Shown here: piece after piece, positions 26,765 through 40,189 of the stretch
How the letters are laid out: each line of letters begins with the position of its first letter
How positions within the stretch are numbered: position 1 is the first letter of the stretch
Assembly: GCA_051294905.1 (NCBI GenBank)
Contig: CM119371.1
Location: forward strand, 39,248,001 to 39,312,000
Source of the DNA: Botryllus schlosseri
Taxonomy: Eukaryota
Length of the DNA: 64,000 nt
Direction: 5' to 3'
Notes under the pieces: generated by a model
The model's database searches: none
What the model was told of the DNA's origin: nothing
The model's input: only the letters and a program-made list of their open reading frames with translations
Position numbers and translations under genes: made by a program

Positions 26765-29457
26765 GCATCAGTGGGGTAATCGCGATTAGTAATCGTAATC
26801 GATTACGACGATTACAGCATTTTCAAGTAATCGTAATCGCAATCGATTACATTCGGGAAAATTCTAAAGTAATCGTAATCGACTACTTCCCATAACTAAT
26901 CGATTTCTTTGCGGAAGAACGATTACTTTTCATTTGTACCAGGACTATGACATAAACTGAAAATTCGTGAAGAAGGAAGATATATTATACCACGTTAGTG
27001 AGAGAGAGAGAGAGAGAGTCTTTATTTTCATCGAACCAAAATACATAACAAACGGCAGTGATGGTGGTACAGAAAATATGCGTGCACAGTATTCGGTATT
27101 AGATAGGAATGATCGATAAGACCGTGAAGGTCATCTAGTCTGATCACACCAGCATCAAACAGGTACACTTGACTCTGAACAGTCTGGCTGTAAAGAAATG
27201 TTTAGTTAAAGGGAAATAGAAAAAAAATTAAACAATGGTGGCAAATGATCAATGAAGCAATGTCTGGGCGAGGTAGGGCAACAGTGTTAGTGTAACGGCA
27301 AGAGGTGATCAAGTATAGGGCTTTTTTGAATCTATTATAAGGCAATTCACGGATATGTGGTGGTAATGCATTCCAGATGATAGGTCCCGAGTAGTCGATA
27401 GATCTCTTAGTTAGGTTGCTATTGGGTGGGGGTAAGTAGATGTTCCCTTTAGACGAGGATCTCGTGTAATGGGAATGGACATGTTTAGCAGGTATGAAAA
27501 AGTCATCAAACACAGTAGGCAGACTATTGGAAAAATATTTGTGAACAACTTTTGATACTTCGAAGCGATATAGTTCATCAACTCGCAAAATTCGATGCTT
27601 ACGGTAGTAAGGCGATAAATTGGTACGTAAAGGTACAGATGATAGCACAAACGCATGATTTTCATACGCCACTGCTCATTATTACGTCAGAAGTATTAGC
27701 CTTGCTGGTCATTGCGTAAGAAGTATCCACCCACATGTAGTAAATAGGTATTCGATGTACATTGTAGCGTGATTGTAAGAACAACCGCTATGCTGTATAT
27801 CAGGTCATCAATACACTTCAGACGCCACTACCTCGCTGCAGGATAATAATCACCACTCGTCCTAGTTTCAAATAGCAACTTACGTATTGATGTTAATGTT
27901 AGCTTATGCTTAATTACGCTTTAGATTCCTAACCGACGGCTACCGTAGGTTAGCAATCTATAGCTAAACGCAGTTCGACCGCTGCTGGTTGGCGAGCAGT
28001 AGGCCTATGTACTGTATGTACGTAAAAAAACGACAAAGATTTGAAATTTTGTACTCGTCAAATGAAACATTACGATTTCCGCAACGAAGCATTAAATCAA
28101 CAGCTGCTGATACATATCATAACAGAGCCGTTCTTTGCCGTTTCTCGTAATGGCAGCTTGTAGAATATGTACTAAGTGGACGGCAGAATTGTTTGTTCAC
28201 TTTATCTTATTCTCATATGACTCTATTTGAAACAAGCGCCAATTGTTATTTCCCAATTCTTTACTCAACATTCGAACCTGCCATCATAGTCATCCGCTTC
28301 TCCCCCAGGTTAAAGCGTGGGTTGTAATTGTAATGTAGCTAGAATCAGGACCAAAACAGCAATTCGTCCCCGCTTTAAAACTTGATCTTGAGCCCCCATT
28401 TGGATGTCCTGGTCATTTTTCAAGTTGATGACTGCATTTCGTCAATAATATTGGTACTTGCATTATATTATTACTCTCATAGCCCCCCGATGGTCAGATT
28501 TACCTGTAGAGCTGGGGGCACGTATATTGATAATTATAACTTCTGGCATGTTGTTATAATTATATTATTGTATGTTGTTGATTCGTTACCTCCCGTCTGT
28601 TATATAATCAAAAGATATTGTAGTCGCCCAAACGCAGCACACTAAAAGAAAAAAACTTTCGTGAGACAAATTGTCATATCTTCATTCCTTTGTGGGTGCG
28701 CCGGGTGACATTTGATTTGGGGATCTGAGATTGGAATGACAGGACTGTTCGTCACTCCCACCCAGCGCGGCTATTTACATAGGACACATACCTAAAGTTC
28801 CGGCCAATGTATTTGGTAGCATACTTCGTGGAGTCGTCGGATGTTAGCCGAAACTGCATATCTTCTTTGGTGTGTTATGGCGCGGTATTGACCGGTACCC
28901 GAAATGCCTATTTCTATAAATCCTGCTTTTTTCTTGAGGGGGAGGGTTATGCATTTCAAAATCAAGCAATCTAGAGGCATTAAATCGCGAAGCTCGACGA
29001 AAGTTTCCATGTTAATATAATCTCTCGAAAATACTCTATAATTTATGTTGAGGTATGAAATACTTTTGACCCCCCTTCAAGCTCGCTTCCCACCCGATTG
29101 TGGTGTTTGGGGTGCGACAGTTACGAAGCAGGGAGGAATGCAAATCGTTGGGTGCGATAAATCGTCCCCTATAGATTGGGGCAGTTGGTATATTATGACG
29201 TAACAAGCAAAGGACGTCACATTTATAAAGAAAGTTGTTATCTCATATAGGCCTTTTCATCTCAATCCCTAATTGCTTATATTTCTTTCAATATATTTTT
29301 TAAGTTTAGTTGTACGAAGCAAAACTATTGTAATCGTGAGTAATCGTGATTACTTTTCCAATGTAATCGTAATCGTAATCGACTACTTCCTGATTTCGCT
29401 GTAATCGTAATCGCAATCGTAATCGATTACATTCATGAAGTAATCACCCCATGTCTG
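26765..29457. mobile_element. hAT-like element with GTAATC subterminal arrays, containing a nested LINE fragment
   Basis: GTAATCG arrays at 26775-26905 and 29330-29447; right end GTAATCACCCCATGTCTG; left end TGGGGTAATC appears partly deleted. Confidence 0.6.
27000..27660 (-). mobile_element. L2/CR1-like LINE 3-prime end with (CT)n tail
   Basis: ORF similar to the C-terminus of 42374-43447 (HVHSHYTR, LTKRSIDYSGPIIWNALP); (GA)n at 27000-27018; shared 3-prime UTR motif GGTGTGATCAGACTAG. Confidence 0.85.
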
Positions 29458-30018
29458 TGCATCACCGTCTTCCATAAGCGAGATAAAAGCCATACTCATG
29501 CTGACTGAATCCAGATCTAACATGACAATGCTGTATCAAGACAGTTGGAATACATTTGGATCCGATAGACACTGTGACTGCGTTTCCATTACCGTTAATC
29601 TCAATTGGCAAGCCTTACCAGCTAACCCAAGTTATGAAACCTGATATACATGCCAATGTTGTATGGTATTTTGACATCATGCATTTACTGTGCATTCATT
29701 TATATAGAATCCCATAGCACGGCCTCTATCGAGTCTATAACAAATTGCGCAATTACAAATTTCCAACATAATAAGCATATATTCAAGTAAAATTACTTTA
29801 TAGTACTTATCTAGTCGTATCAACAACCAAATTTCCATTCTACAAGTCTAAATCAAATCATATATCATCAGCATGACATATTTTACTATTGGAATTGTAG
29901 TGCGTCACGTAGGCTAATTGCCATGCAATAATAAAATCCGTTGCTTCATCACAGAATACACATTGCTATACGACAAGTTTGATGCCGTCTTCGGGATATT
30001 TACTTTGGGTCATGCAAT

Positions 30019-33000
30019 TCACTTAATTTCGAATAAATTTTGACAGTTGGTGCAAAACACCATTCCGGTCTTTGCATACATAATTACGTGTCCACATCGG
30101 GGACAGCTTTCCGGTCTGTTTTCTATCTGACAAACTGCGTATGCTTGCGCTCCTCTTTTTGCATTGAATCCTAAGGTGAAGTTCACGCGTTGCTTTGATT
30201 TAGCGTGATAGCTCATGAAGCGATTTTTTGTTGTGAATGGTAATTCCATGCGATTGCCGCGCATCTCAATTGTTCCCATCCACGTCCTCACGTCAATTAT
30301 CTGACCGTCAAATCTGTGGAGAGGCTGTCGCTTTTCGTTAGCATCATGTAATACAGACAGGTTGGTATCACCATTGAGATCCTTTATGAATTCGATAGGC
30401 TTTCGGACTATATTGGACCTGAATAGCCTCTGACAATCATCCAAACGTTTTTTGCACTTGTCTAATTCTGACCGATTCCCCGGTGTGTAATCCAGCAACG
30501 TCATTACGTATTGGATGATGTATCTGTACAGCGGAGCAAATGATCCGCCCTCATTCCTCATATCCCAGAGATCGGCATAGTGCTTAGCATAACGTAGTGA
30601 GGCTGGTTGCATTAGATTGCGCGAAATTCTCATCCAATCCTCCATGTATGGAGATATTTTTATGTGAGATGAATCTTCGTGATTGATGATATCTTCAAGT
30701 AACTTGATATATTCAGCATGTTTATATTCCGGTAAATTCTTTATTACATCGATATGTTGATTCCCCCCCTCGCATCTACAGGAAAGACGCATTAATGCTG
30801 CTCGACAACGTTTCGAGGTGAGTGATGTGGCCGAATCTATCCTCAACACAAAGTCCCACAAACGATCTTGAGCAGAAGCAAAACAGGACATGTAGTCATC
30901 TATCTCATTCTGGAATTGTAGCTGACCTTTTCCTCCTTCTGACAGCTCAATACATTGTTCGAAAAGATACTCGATTTCCGCGAAGGTGTCGAGAATAAAA
31001 TCCCACATGAAATGTAAAGAATGCTCCGGAGATGAGATCGTCATTAGATCGCGTGCATTGTGATTGAAACAGTATTTTGTTATCAGCAGACGGACCTTGA
31101 TCTCTCCGATGTAATCATGGAATCGGATGACACCTGAGCAGAATTTGTTCCGACTTTCTGCGAATACATTGACAGCTGCTAAAGCTTTCTCTTTTGCTTG
31201 TTTGAGTTTTCCGATATCCGGAACGTCTGTGCGGGGATACTTGTTTGAAATCATATGACGTAATATTTCAAAATAGGCGAAGCCAAGCATGTTTCGTACT
31301 CGTTGAAGCTGCTCATCATCCGTCGGCATATTACCGCTGGTACTACTCTTCCTCAAATTGTCACTTCTGATTTTTACAGCTTCATTTAGAGCATTTTCAG
31401 CCTCTGTATTATAGGACGTGTTCGTGAACTTCTTGGCCACAAATCTCCCGAAGTGCGCATGAAATTCCGCATTATACGGGAATGCTTCCACCAATAGCTT
31501 GAACACTCCTCTCTGCTCATCTTTGTTGCCAATATCAGTGATAAGTCGTGAGAAAGCTGATTTTCGCCCGGCCATGTCATCAACATACTTCCCGTTGCGG
31601 ACGATGAATACGTTCGTCAAAATGTCGATGAAATTACTTTGTAGGGTATCTCCAAACCTTTCGTGTTCTTTCATGCATATGATGAAATAACGGGCCAATT
31701 CTGCAAGATTTTGACAAGCGATTTGGCTAAGTTCTGGTTTATTTTTATCACTTGGAATGCGGCCAAGATATTGTTCCAGTACCTCTTTTGCAACTAGGTA
31801 GTGTGATATTCTCCACTCCTCGCCATCGGAACATTCGCGTATTAACTGTTGTCCTAATCCCGGGATATCATTTTCCAAGATCACCCTTTCAGTTTCATTT
31901 TTTTCCAGAATGATTGAAAAGAATTCTGCTGGCAAATCTCGATTTCCGTAGTAATTTGTCAATGATAGCATCGCAACGACGTGGTGCCATTTGCTCTTGA
32001 TGTCTTTCAGTCTCAGATGATTTTCGACATACTTTCCGATCCCTCTGAAATCTGAGTTGAAAGCAGTCAGTCCATATTCAAACAGAGAGTGTTGGTTGCC
32101 AGATAGAGTACTTTTTGTCAGTTTTTCCAAGGATTTTTTGGTTCCAGCTGTGGCACTTCGTAGAAATGCAACTTCGAAGTTATGAGCTTCGTTTGACGAA
32201 ACTCTATCATGAAGAAAAAAATGGTCATTGTTGTCTTGTTGGTTAATAATGTCGTAATTCCGTTCCACCTGAATGATAACAATGCTTTCATCTTGGAACA
32301 TGCTCATAATATTTTTTGCTTCTTGACTGGACCGTCCATCGAGTAACAATAGGACGGGTAAGCCTGATATCTCAAGTATCTTCTCAAGTTTCTCCTTGAA
32401 GTCGTGTCTAAGTTCTATTCTCTTATCAAGGGCCAGGCAAGGAACTTCGGACCTGAAACTCCATAGTAGCTGTCGTCCGAGTGTTGTTCCACCACTTCCA
32501 GGGGAATGATGTAGGGTCACGATTCCTGTTTCACGATTGTTGACTAATTCCTGGATCCGTTGCTTTATTACATCGAATTTGACCCTTTTAACGGCGAATC
32601 CCCCATACTTCAGAACTTCCCACGTGAGATCTCCACCCTTCAAGAATTCGATTCCTTGGGCTTTAACTTTTTCGTCGTCAAACTCTGAGATAGGTCCTTG
32701 GAAAAACGATAGTGTTAGTACATGAAAATCCACGGTTAGCCATGCCAATATTTCTTGGTCGAGTTCACAAGATGATACTTATCCTTTATCGTCTTCTCCC
32801 TTCGATCTTGGCAATAGTGTGGCTTCAACGTCATGATCTACGGGAATCAGATCATCTTTCAAGCTTTCGATCCACTCACAAATTCTATTTAAAGGAGCGA
32901 CGATTGTTTCGTCTACTTGTTCCTTAGATACTTTGCTCATTTTGCCACTGTCTTGAACTTCCTTGGATAAGCAAAGTATAATCTTGATAGGCCTATTCCC

Positions 33001-33497
33001 AAAGCTTCCTTCCACTTTGGAAATGAAATCTCGAACATTCTCTTCCATTTCGTCATTGACATCATTATGATACCAAAGAATTACCATGGTAGCTGATTTT
33101 CGTCCCGAGCAAAATTTCGCCAACGACGAGATATGCTTTTGCAGTTGCCTTTTCACCTTTCTATTCCCACCTTCTGCAATGCCAACCCAATTGACTATTT
33201 TATCTCTGATTTCCCCTACTTCTTTTTGATCAGACGTCGTCAGAACTTCCAGACGACTTGTTGGTAATGATTGTCGTAAAATATTTAGCAAACCTGAGGT
33301 TTCATCGGTTTCTCCGTCAAAGTCAAATACTTTGCTCCAGGGTACTAAGGAAAGTGCGTTGTAACAGCTTTGATCAGTGGAAATATGTTTAACGCAGCCG
33401 GTCAGTACGTACAGTCTTTTTCTATCAAATCTTTCTACAGCGCCAAGAAAAACATCCTTGTCCCGGTCCGGGTCTTCCATTGATCGTACTAGCGATT
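30019..33497 (-). pseudogene. Last exon of the SAMD9-like gene: SIR2-like domain, STAND NTPase, helical/TPR-like region, OB-fold, Zn ribbon; in-frame TAA at 32779-32781
   Basis: SAMD9-family motifs in order: VPWSKVFDFD, EFLKGGDLTW, FAVKR, Walker A HHSPGSGGTTLGRQLLWSFR, Walker B LPVLLLLDG, WRISHYLVAKEVLEQ, C-terminal RVNFTLGFNAKRGAQAYAV. ORFs 32779-33480 and 30019-32748 are the same frame separated by one TAA. Acceptor TTTTTGTAG| at 33498. Confidence 0.87.
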
Positions 33498-33563
33498 CTA
33501 CAAAAAGTATTGCGTTATTTTATTGAAGAAAAAAACTGACAATATATATACCTCCATAAGTAC

Positions 33564-34944
33564 CTGTATGTTCTGCCGTTGGCGATATAATTTCAGGCTC
33601 GTTCGACACGTGACTTGAATTCTTTTTAACAAATTCCAAAATTCGGTCCGTTATTTCCTGAGCGTCTGGTTTAGGGCGCATAGGCTTCACTGGCAAATCG
33701 AGTAGCAATTCCGGGATCCTTTTCTTGTGTGCGTCGCGACAAAGTATCAAAGTGTTTTCCCTTGAAAAGTGCTCTCTCTTGAACACGTCTTTGTATGCAG
33801 GTTCGTTCAGATCGTTTTAAACGAATGCGGTGTTAATGAAGAATATCCTGCGAAATGTTTATGAAATGGATAAGTATAGGCCTACTTTCCATTGACCAAG
33901 AAAACTTTTAAAAAATGAGTATCATTAGGTATAGAAGGCTATTATCAGATCTTCGCGGTTTAAATGGAAATCTGAAGTATAAATATAGTTCAGACAGCAT
34001 CATCAAAAAACTTGTCTTGGAATACAAGTGCATGTTTATGTCTGTCGCAATTTGACGAATATTTGTCGTATGTTCGTGTATCTTGAAATGAATAAGCTGG
34101 AATGTTGGCATAGTAGCATAGGCTACTTATCTACATAGATGTAACATTCCAGACAAAGAACTCATGCTACTAAATTGGAGTTCTTCCACACTTGTCCACT
34201 TTGGTAGAACTTAGGAAGCTAAGAATATAATTTGAGACTTGACTTGGAATTAATTCATGACGCTAACGTTAGTGCGAATATGAGTCACCACGCAAGATTT
34301 GAAATTTGAAAACGTAACATTCAGTTATTCTAGACTAGATGTTACGGTGCAGCTAAAGGATTCAGGAGATTTTTCGATATCGAGAAGCCAATATCGACTT
34401 GATCACGGCAGTGCCGTAAATGCCTCACGTGGGGGTTTATATCACATTGTTACAAAAGTTACCAATAGCTTCATATTGAATCCCACTCAATTGATTTACA
34501 GCAGAGGCTGGACTGATATATCAGCGCCCAAATCTGCCTTATTATCATTAATCCAGGACCCAGATTTAAACACTGAAGTCCAGCAAGAAATTTCCGGGAA
34601 AATCCAGACATATCGCTACCCTTATTATCTGAGACCAAAGCATTGCCGACAATTCATCACATACCCGTTCGAGGTTTCGGAAATACGATGTCGATTATAC
34701 TTTTGTCAGTCGTCTTTATTAAAATCTAGAAATTTTGTTTTAACTTACTTGCATCTACTCGATAATGCACTGAAAACGGCTTGCTTCGTAGTTGAGTTAG
34801 CAGCATATGTGCATTGAATATTCAATCCCTTTTGTCGTAGACGACGTATAGCATCTGCAACTGGCTCCGCAACATTGCGGTGGCAAAAAATATGGGCATC
34901 ACTTCGTTCCTGCTGAGTCACTGCAACCGTTGGTGAATTGAACT
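33564..34944 (-). pseudogene. Two exons (34944-34749 and 33847-33564) encoding a divergent TIR-like domain; in-frame TAA at 33817-33819
   Basis: Phase-matched splice AA|GTAAGT..TTTCGCAG|G gives DAHIFCHRNVAEPVADAIRRLRQKGLNIQCTY..KQAVFSALSSRCKIFFINTAFV*NDLNE..NTLILCR..IPELLLDLP..QEITDRILEFVK; a 66-bp intron (33498-33563) then joins it to the NTPase exon in frame. Confidence 0.6.
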
Positions 34945-35386
34945 CTGAATATAAGCAAGATTTGCGAAGATGGTGAGCCTAATTCTCCATTACTACTCCA
35001 CAGATGTTGTGAGTTGGATGATGAGATGATATGGTGAGACGTATATAACGAAAACGTGATTCAATTGCGGATCTTTGTCGCATACAAAATATGTACCAAA
35101 GCAGTGTACGTACGTGTGCAAATCTGTTCACGGGTGCACATTATACAGTGTTTACCCGCGGACAAAACGTGAATTTGTTGGGACCATTTCTCGGATACAA
35201 ATAAGTAGCGTGCTATGTCAACGCACGATTGTTTGACGAAGGTTCTGTGCGTTTACAAATGTACATTTTACGTTATACACAAGCTACCGTTGAACGTCAA
35301 AACATGGAATCGTTCTCAGTTGTGAGTAGGACACTGTTGATAAAAATATCGATTTGAATGAAACAGCTTTATTTAAACCTATAGGC

Positions 35387-36253
35387 CAGGGGTGTCAAAC
35401 TCAAATTGCGTCGCGGGCTGGATTCAAGCCTTCAAATCGCTCGCGGGCCAGACCAGTCAACAGATTCCAAAATGTTACCTCGTGCTCTTGCTTTTCACTT
35501 GAATACCTTAAAAGCATGTACAGATAATACACAGATCATGGGGTTTTCAAAGTAGCAATGCGCAACCCCTTTTTCGCGAACAATGGAATTGTCAAAAATA
35601 CGAGGATTGTCTGGTTGAATACAGTTAAGAACCGCCAAAACAGTGACGCCAACGACGATATAAGTTGGCATATTCTTTACTATGCTCCCTTTGATTTAGT
35701 CGTAATCTGGCGTCAGCCCTGCATAAATGCGTTGTGAGCGATACAAAATATATTTAATTAAAAACGCGGACGTTGGAAATTGGTTTATTAGCATTAAACC
35801 GTGAGTCTGGTTTATCTTATGTCTGGGGATCTATTGGGTCGAAAGTGACACCGCAGTGCGATCATAGATATTTCAATTATATATATGTGCAACTAATATA
35901 TTTTCCATGTAAACTGCATATAACGGTTTCTCATCTGCATTTCGCTTCTGTATAAGTAGCTGCTTTTTGATCCATGTTTGTATAAAACTCAGAACTCTTC
36001 TTGAAATTGGATGTCGATTTCAATGACGTGTTATTAGTGGTAACTATAGAGTGAAATCAGCGCCGTTGTCGGGTGCATGGTTATAATGGGGCCAATGAAC
36101 ATTGAAGCAGTTCCTGCAAAATATCTCAACATTTGTTGCAAATGTGCTGGAAAATATAGGAATTTTTCAATTTACTAAGAATTGCTTCGCGGTTCGGATA
36201 AAATCGTCTGTCGGACCGGATGCGGCCCGCGGGCCGTATGTTTGACACCCCTG
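35387..36253. mobile_element. hAT (Charlie-like) MITE in an intron
   Basis: Perfect TIRs CAGGGGTGTCAAAC / GTTTGACACCCCTG, GCGGGCC subterminal motifs; TSD degenerate. Confidence 0.85.
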
Positions 36254-37913
36254 GTATATACCTAACAACAATCAATCAGCGATAACGATTGGGAAATTGT
36301 ACATTAAATTGCAGCTGATCAAATGTTGCGGTTTATGAATTCTTCATCGCAGCGAGTAACACCTTAGAGCAGTGGTTCTCAACCATATTGTCTTCGCATA
36401 CCCCTTTTAGGCCATCGCGGACCCCCGCCGATCCCAAAATAAGTTTTTGTTCTAATTTAGCTCGATTATCGTGCAGTGGTGTAGCCGTGTCGTGTATCGT
36501 GTCTTGTGCAAATATTAACTGTAGGCTAGTGATAAAAAGCAATAATATGACTTATCATGAAAATAGCATCATAATATATGTGGGAATTGTGTATATTTTC
36601 ATCCTTTCAAAGCAAATATTGCAGCTTCATCTCTTGAAATACATGACCGTGTCCTGAAAATCCGCGCTTTCGATTTTAAATGCACGAGAGCCGAAAATAC
36701 GTTAGCCACAACAATGATAAGTGAAGCGAATAAAATAACAGCGTGTAACGCTTACGACAACACCTTTGATCGCATATCGCATGATCGCATCTTAGGCCCA
36801 ACAACAACGACAACAACAACGACAACACATAACCAGCCCAATCATTTCTATCCAGCAGCTCATCTCGAAGTTATTCTGGGATAGCACAGCACTGGAGAGA
36901 ACAGTTAGAGATTCCGTGCTGAGGTTTCAATTCCTTTGGTACAGATTAGAAATGAAACTTTAGGAATGATCATTTCAAACGATTGTCCACAAATAAAAGA
37001 CTCTACGGCAGGGGTTCTGAACTCGCGGCTAGCGACATCTTCCAATATGAACGCAATTACTACTGGCAACGCAAATCCACTATGACCTCACAATTGAATA
37101 TTCCTGACGTCATGGCTTAAAAAAAAACTATAAAAACATGTTTTAAAAAGGACCTTGTTTTAAACATGTTTGTTTTAAATTGATTTTTGTTTTAATTGTA
37201 ACCCTAACCATATACCGAATATCATCTATCATTGGCGGCACGCAGAAGGCCGGGAACGGAGACAGGCGCCGCTGCTAACTCACCATTAATAAATGATACT
37301 GATAATAATATTATTATCAGTTGCGGCTCGTTACGTAGGACAACTGAGGGCATTGCTCCACCTATAATTCTTTTTGAAACCAACAATTAAAATTTATCGA
37401 TGGAGAAAAATGAATATGGCGAAATTGAGGGGGAAAGAGCGGTACAATGTGCTAATAAATAAGAATTGATTGGCATCAAAGAATTATACATGATTGGGCC
37501 ACAAAGAAAAAAAAGGTTCTCTCAGTAGCGGGGAACTTTGAGATTTTATTGATTATATACCGTCGACGGATGGCATTTTTCGCTGGCATATCGACACCAC
37601 AATTGTAGCAAAGGCTACTATCAATGTACATTCTCACGGCACACTAGTTGAAACGCACTACTCTGGACTATAGTACTGATATTAATTCCACCACTAACAT
37701 ATAAATGTCACAAATCACATTACGCCAATATTGCTAAAAGTTGTCGCGCTATCCGCCGCGAAATTGTTAGTCTCTGCTCCGCTATCCGATCTTGAGGGAG
37801 CGGCCGCTGTTATCTGTGATCAAAGGAAGCGTAATATCTGGCATATGACTTGAGTTTCAAGTCACAGTAATTTCCAAATTCAAATACATTAGATATATAG
37901 TTAAGAATTTCAC

Positions 37914-38603
37914 CTTCCGCTTGACCATCCTTGATCTGTTCTCTCCTTTGTGTTTTCTCAGAGGTTTTTGGAACTTGAGAACTTTTTGTGATGAAGACAT
38001 TCTCGGGTCCAATATCTTAAATGAGAAGCAATAAAACAAGCACCTATAAATTCTCTCTAAGTTACCAAGTACCATATATATCGATATCGACAAAGTATTA
38101 CTCGGTAGCGGTAGCAGTAGAATTTTAGACTCTATATGACCCCCATTGCTGTCCCTTTTCCGTGCCTACCACGCAGCAATACTGACCATGGGTTATTTGT
38201 GGCGAAAGAGAAGATTGTCATTGATTCAAGAGAAATTTGGCTAGCTAAAGTACAATCGTAACCAACGCCACAATGTTGAATAATTCGACTGGACGCTGAC
38301 CTCTTATCAGTCAGCAGGTAGGTGGACGACGGTGACATGTACATCTGAAGAGTATATCGCACCCCCTCAAATAGTCGGCACCCCTGCATCAGATGTATTC
38401 ACGCACATGATTCGCAACTCGATGCATATATTGATATTCGGAGAGCAGGCCAGATTATGAAGGTGAATGGTCATGGTCAAGTTATCTAATAATTGTATCT
38501 TTATTTCGAGTAGGCTTTTCAACTGATTTCTTGGTTGATTCATCATTTTGTTATGAGATGCTTTTCAACTTACTTCGTTCTTTCTTTTGGCTCTTTTCGT
38601 TTG
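37914..38603 (-). CDS. Two linker exons (38603-38574, 30 nt; 38015-37914, 102 nt) of the kinase-SAMD9-like gene
   Basis: Both are phase 1-1, open and bounded by AG/GT (donors GTAAGT and GTGAAA); they encode ANEKSQKKER and NIGPENVFITKSSQVPKTSEKTQRREQIKDGQAE. Confidence 0.6.
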
Positions 38604-38701
38604 CTAGTTCGCACGGAGAACTTTTTGTATTGCCGTCATGTTGAATGCCTGAACGTGAGTAAATTTGGTAAATACATTCGTCGCAAAATGACAATACTTA
38701 C

Positions 38702-39523
38702 CATCGAAAAAGATATCATCGCGTATTTCTTTAGCAGTAGGCCGTTTTGCGGGATCGTGTTCCAACATGCGTTCAAGCAAATGTTGCAATTTGTACCTTT
38801 TGTAAGATTCATCGGGAAAAATTGGGATGCCAGATAAATCACGCTCCTTATTTTCCTTTATGTTTACGGCCCATAATAATGGGTCAGGACCGAAGGGGTG
38901 ACGTCCATGCGTAACGATGAAATAGGCAATTATGCCCATGGGATAGATATCCGCTCGATATCCGAGCTTCTCCACTTTTGTATATGTCTCAGGAGCTCTA
39001 AACCCATCGGTTCCAGCACTTGATTGTGTCACGGTGACGTTAGTTGCGTCGTCCGGGATTTCTTTGCTGATTCCAAAATCGGATACCTTGATCCTTTTCT
39101 TGTCTTTTGAAATGAGAACATTGCTAGGCTTCAAATCTCTATGCATAATTCCGCATTGATGGATATGTACCATTGCCATAACCATTTGTAGAAAGAACAT
39201 TAAGGCCTTATGGAGGTCAAACTCACTTTCCTGTGTATATTCATTAAGATTTTGCGAACATCGCTCCATTGCGAGGTATATTCTCGGAATGAAACCCGGT
39301 AAGATTCCGGAAGTAACAATTCGCATGACGTATGGGTCACTGTCCATCTTTTGTAAAATTTTAATCTCATTCTCAAGTTCTTTTGTCTTGCGCACAAGTT
39401 TAATTGCGAGTTCCTGCTTATGGCCATTCGCATGCTTCTGATATCCGAAGTAAACTTCTTTCCCTTTACGTATCGGTTCAAGAATGTTCATCCATATGTT
39501 GCTTCCGGGAAGGTTAGTACAAC
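38702..39523 (-). CDS. Exon encoding an IRE1/RNase L-like Ser/Thr protein kinase domain
   Basis: LAIK, alpha-C Glu (ENEIKIL), YLAMERC, HRDLKPSNVLI, SDFGISK, GTDGFRAPE, DIYPMG..YFIVTHGRHPFG; donor G|GTAAGT at 38701 and acceptor CATAG| at 39524. No KEN ribonuclease domain follows. Confidence 0.9.
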
Positions 39524-40189
39524 CTATGACATACAATCATTGTAATTACCAGAAGCTTGTGGTTAAGAATGGTTATAATATATTATTGCTGTGGCACCAG
39601 TCTGCGTCATTTGCTGAGAGACTTCTCCAAAAATACGTCTTTCGTGCCGAATGTTACAATCGAAAAGCGACAATGCCTGTCAGTTTGTAGGGAGTAACTA
39701 ATTCGTTCTCTACCAATGCATAAATCACCAGTACGCACAATTTTCCAAGCATTTACAATCCTCGGTATAGAACCAATGAAAGTCAGTGATGTCAAACTAT
39801 ATAAAGCATGTGCGCTTTTATTTAACCGGAAAATCTGTCCAGCATATGCAGTAACTATATCTGAATAATATACTTGTTTACTTAACAGTTAGCCCCATAA
39901 TATAGCACCGTATAGCGATAAAGATGTAGACCCGAGCACAACAGATAAATTAATCTCCCTATCCATGCGCAAGACTGGCATTAGTTGACCTGACAGGAAT
40001 GATTATTAGCCACATCGCACATCTCCGGAAGTCGAGCAATCTCTGATTTCTTATATGAAATTAACGATAATCTGCACGTCACTATACCATTGTTGAAGGC
40101 GCAGACATGTTTTACTGAATCGAGAAACATTCCCCGCATAAATTTTGAGCTTGGTGTTCTACAGATGAGCTGAAGTTACTCCCACTCAC

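Noticed and set aside
32779..33819. TAA reassignment (variant genetic code) to explain the in-frame stops
   Set aside because: The Kazal gene appears to end at TAA, and long ORFs elsewhere lack internal TAA; nonsense mutation is the simpler explanation.
34299..34817. 172-aa plus-strand ORF
   Set aside because: TTG start, no recognisable domain; antisense to an exon and intron of the minus-strand gene.
39550..39610. ATG-containing exon immediately upstream of the kinase exon
   Set aside because: It contains an in-frame TAA and would need a 26-nt intron.
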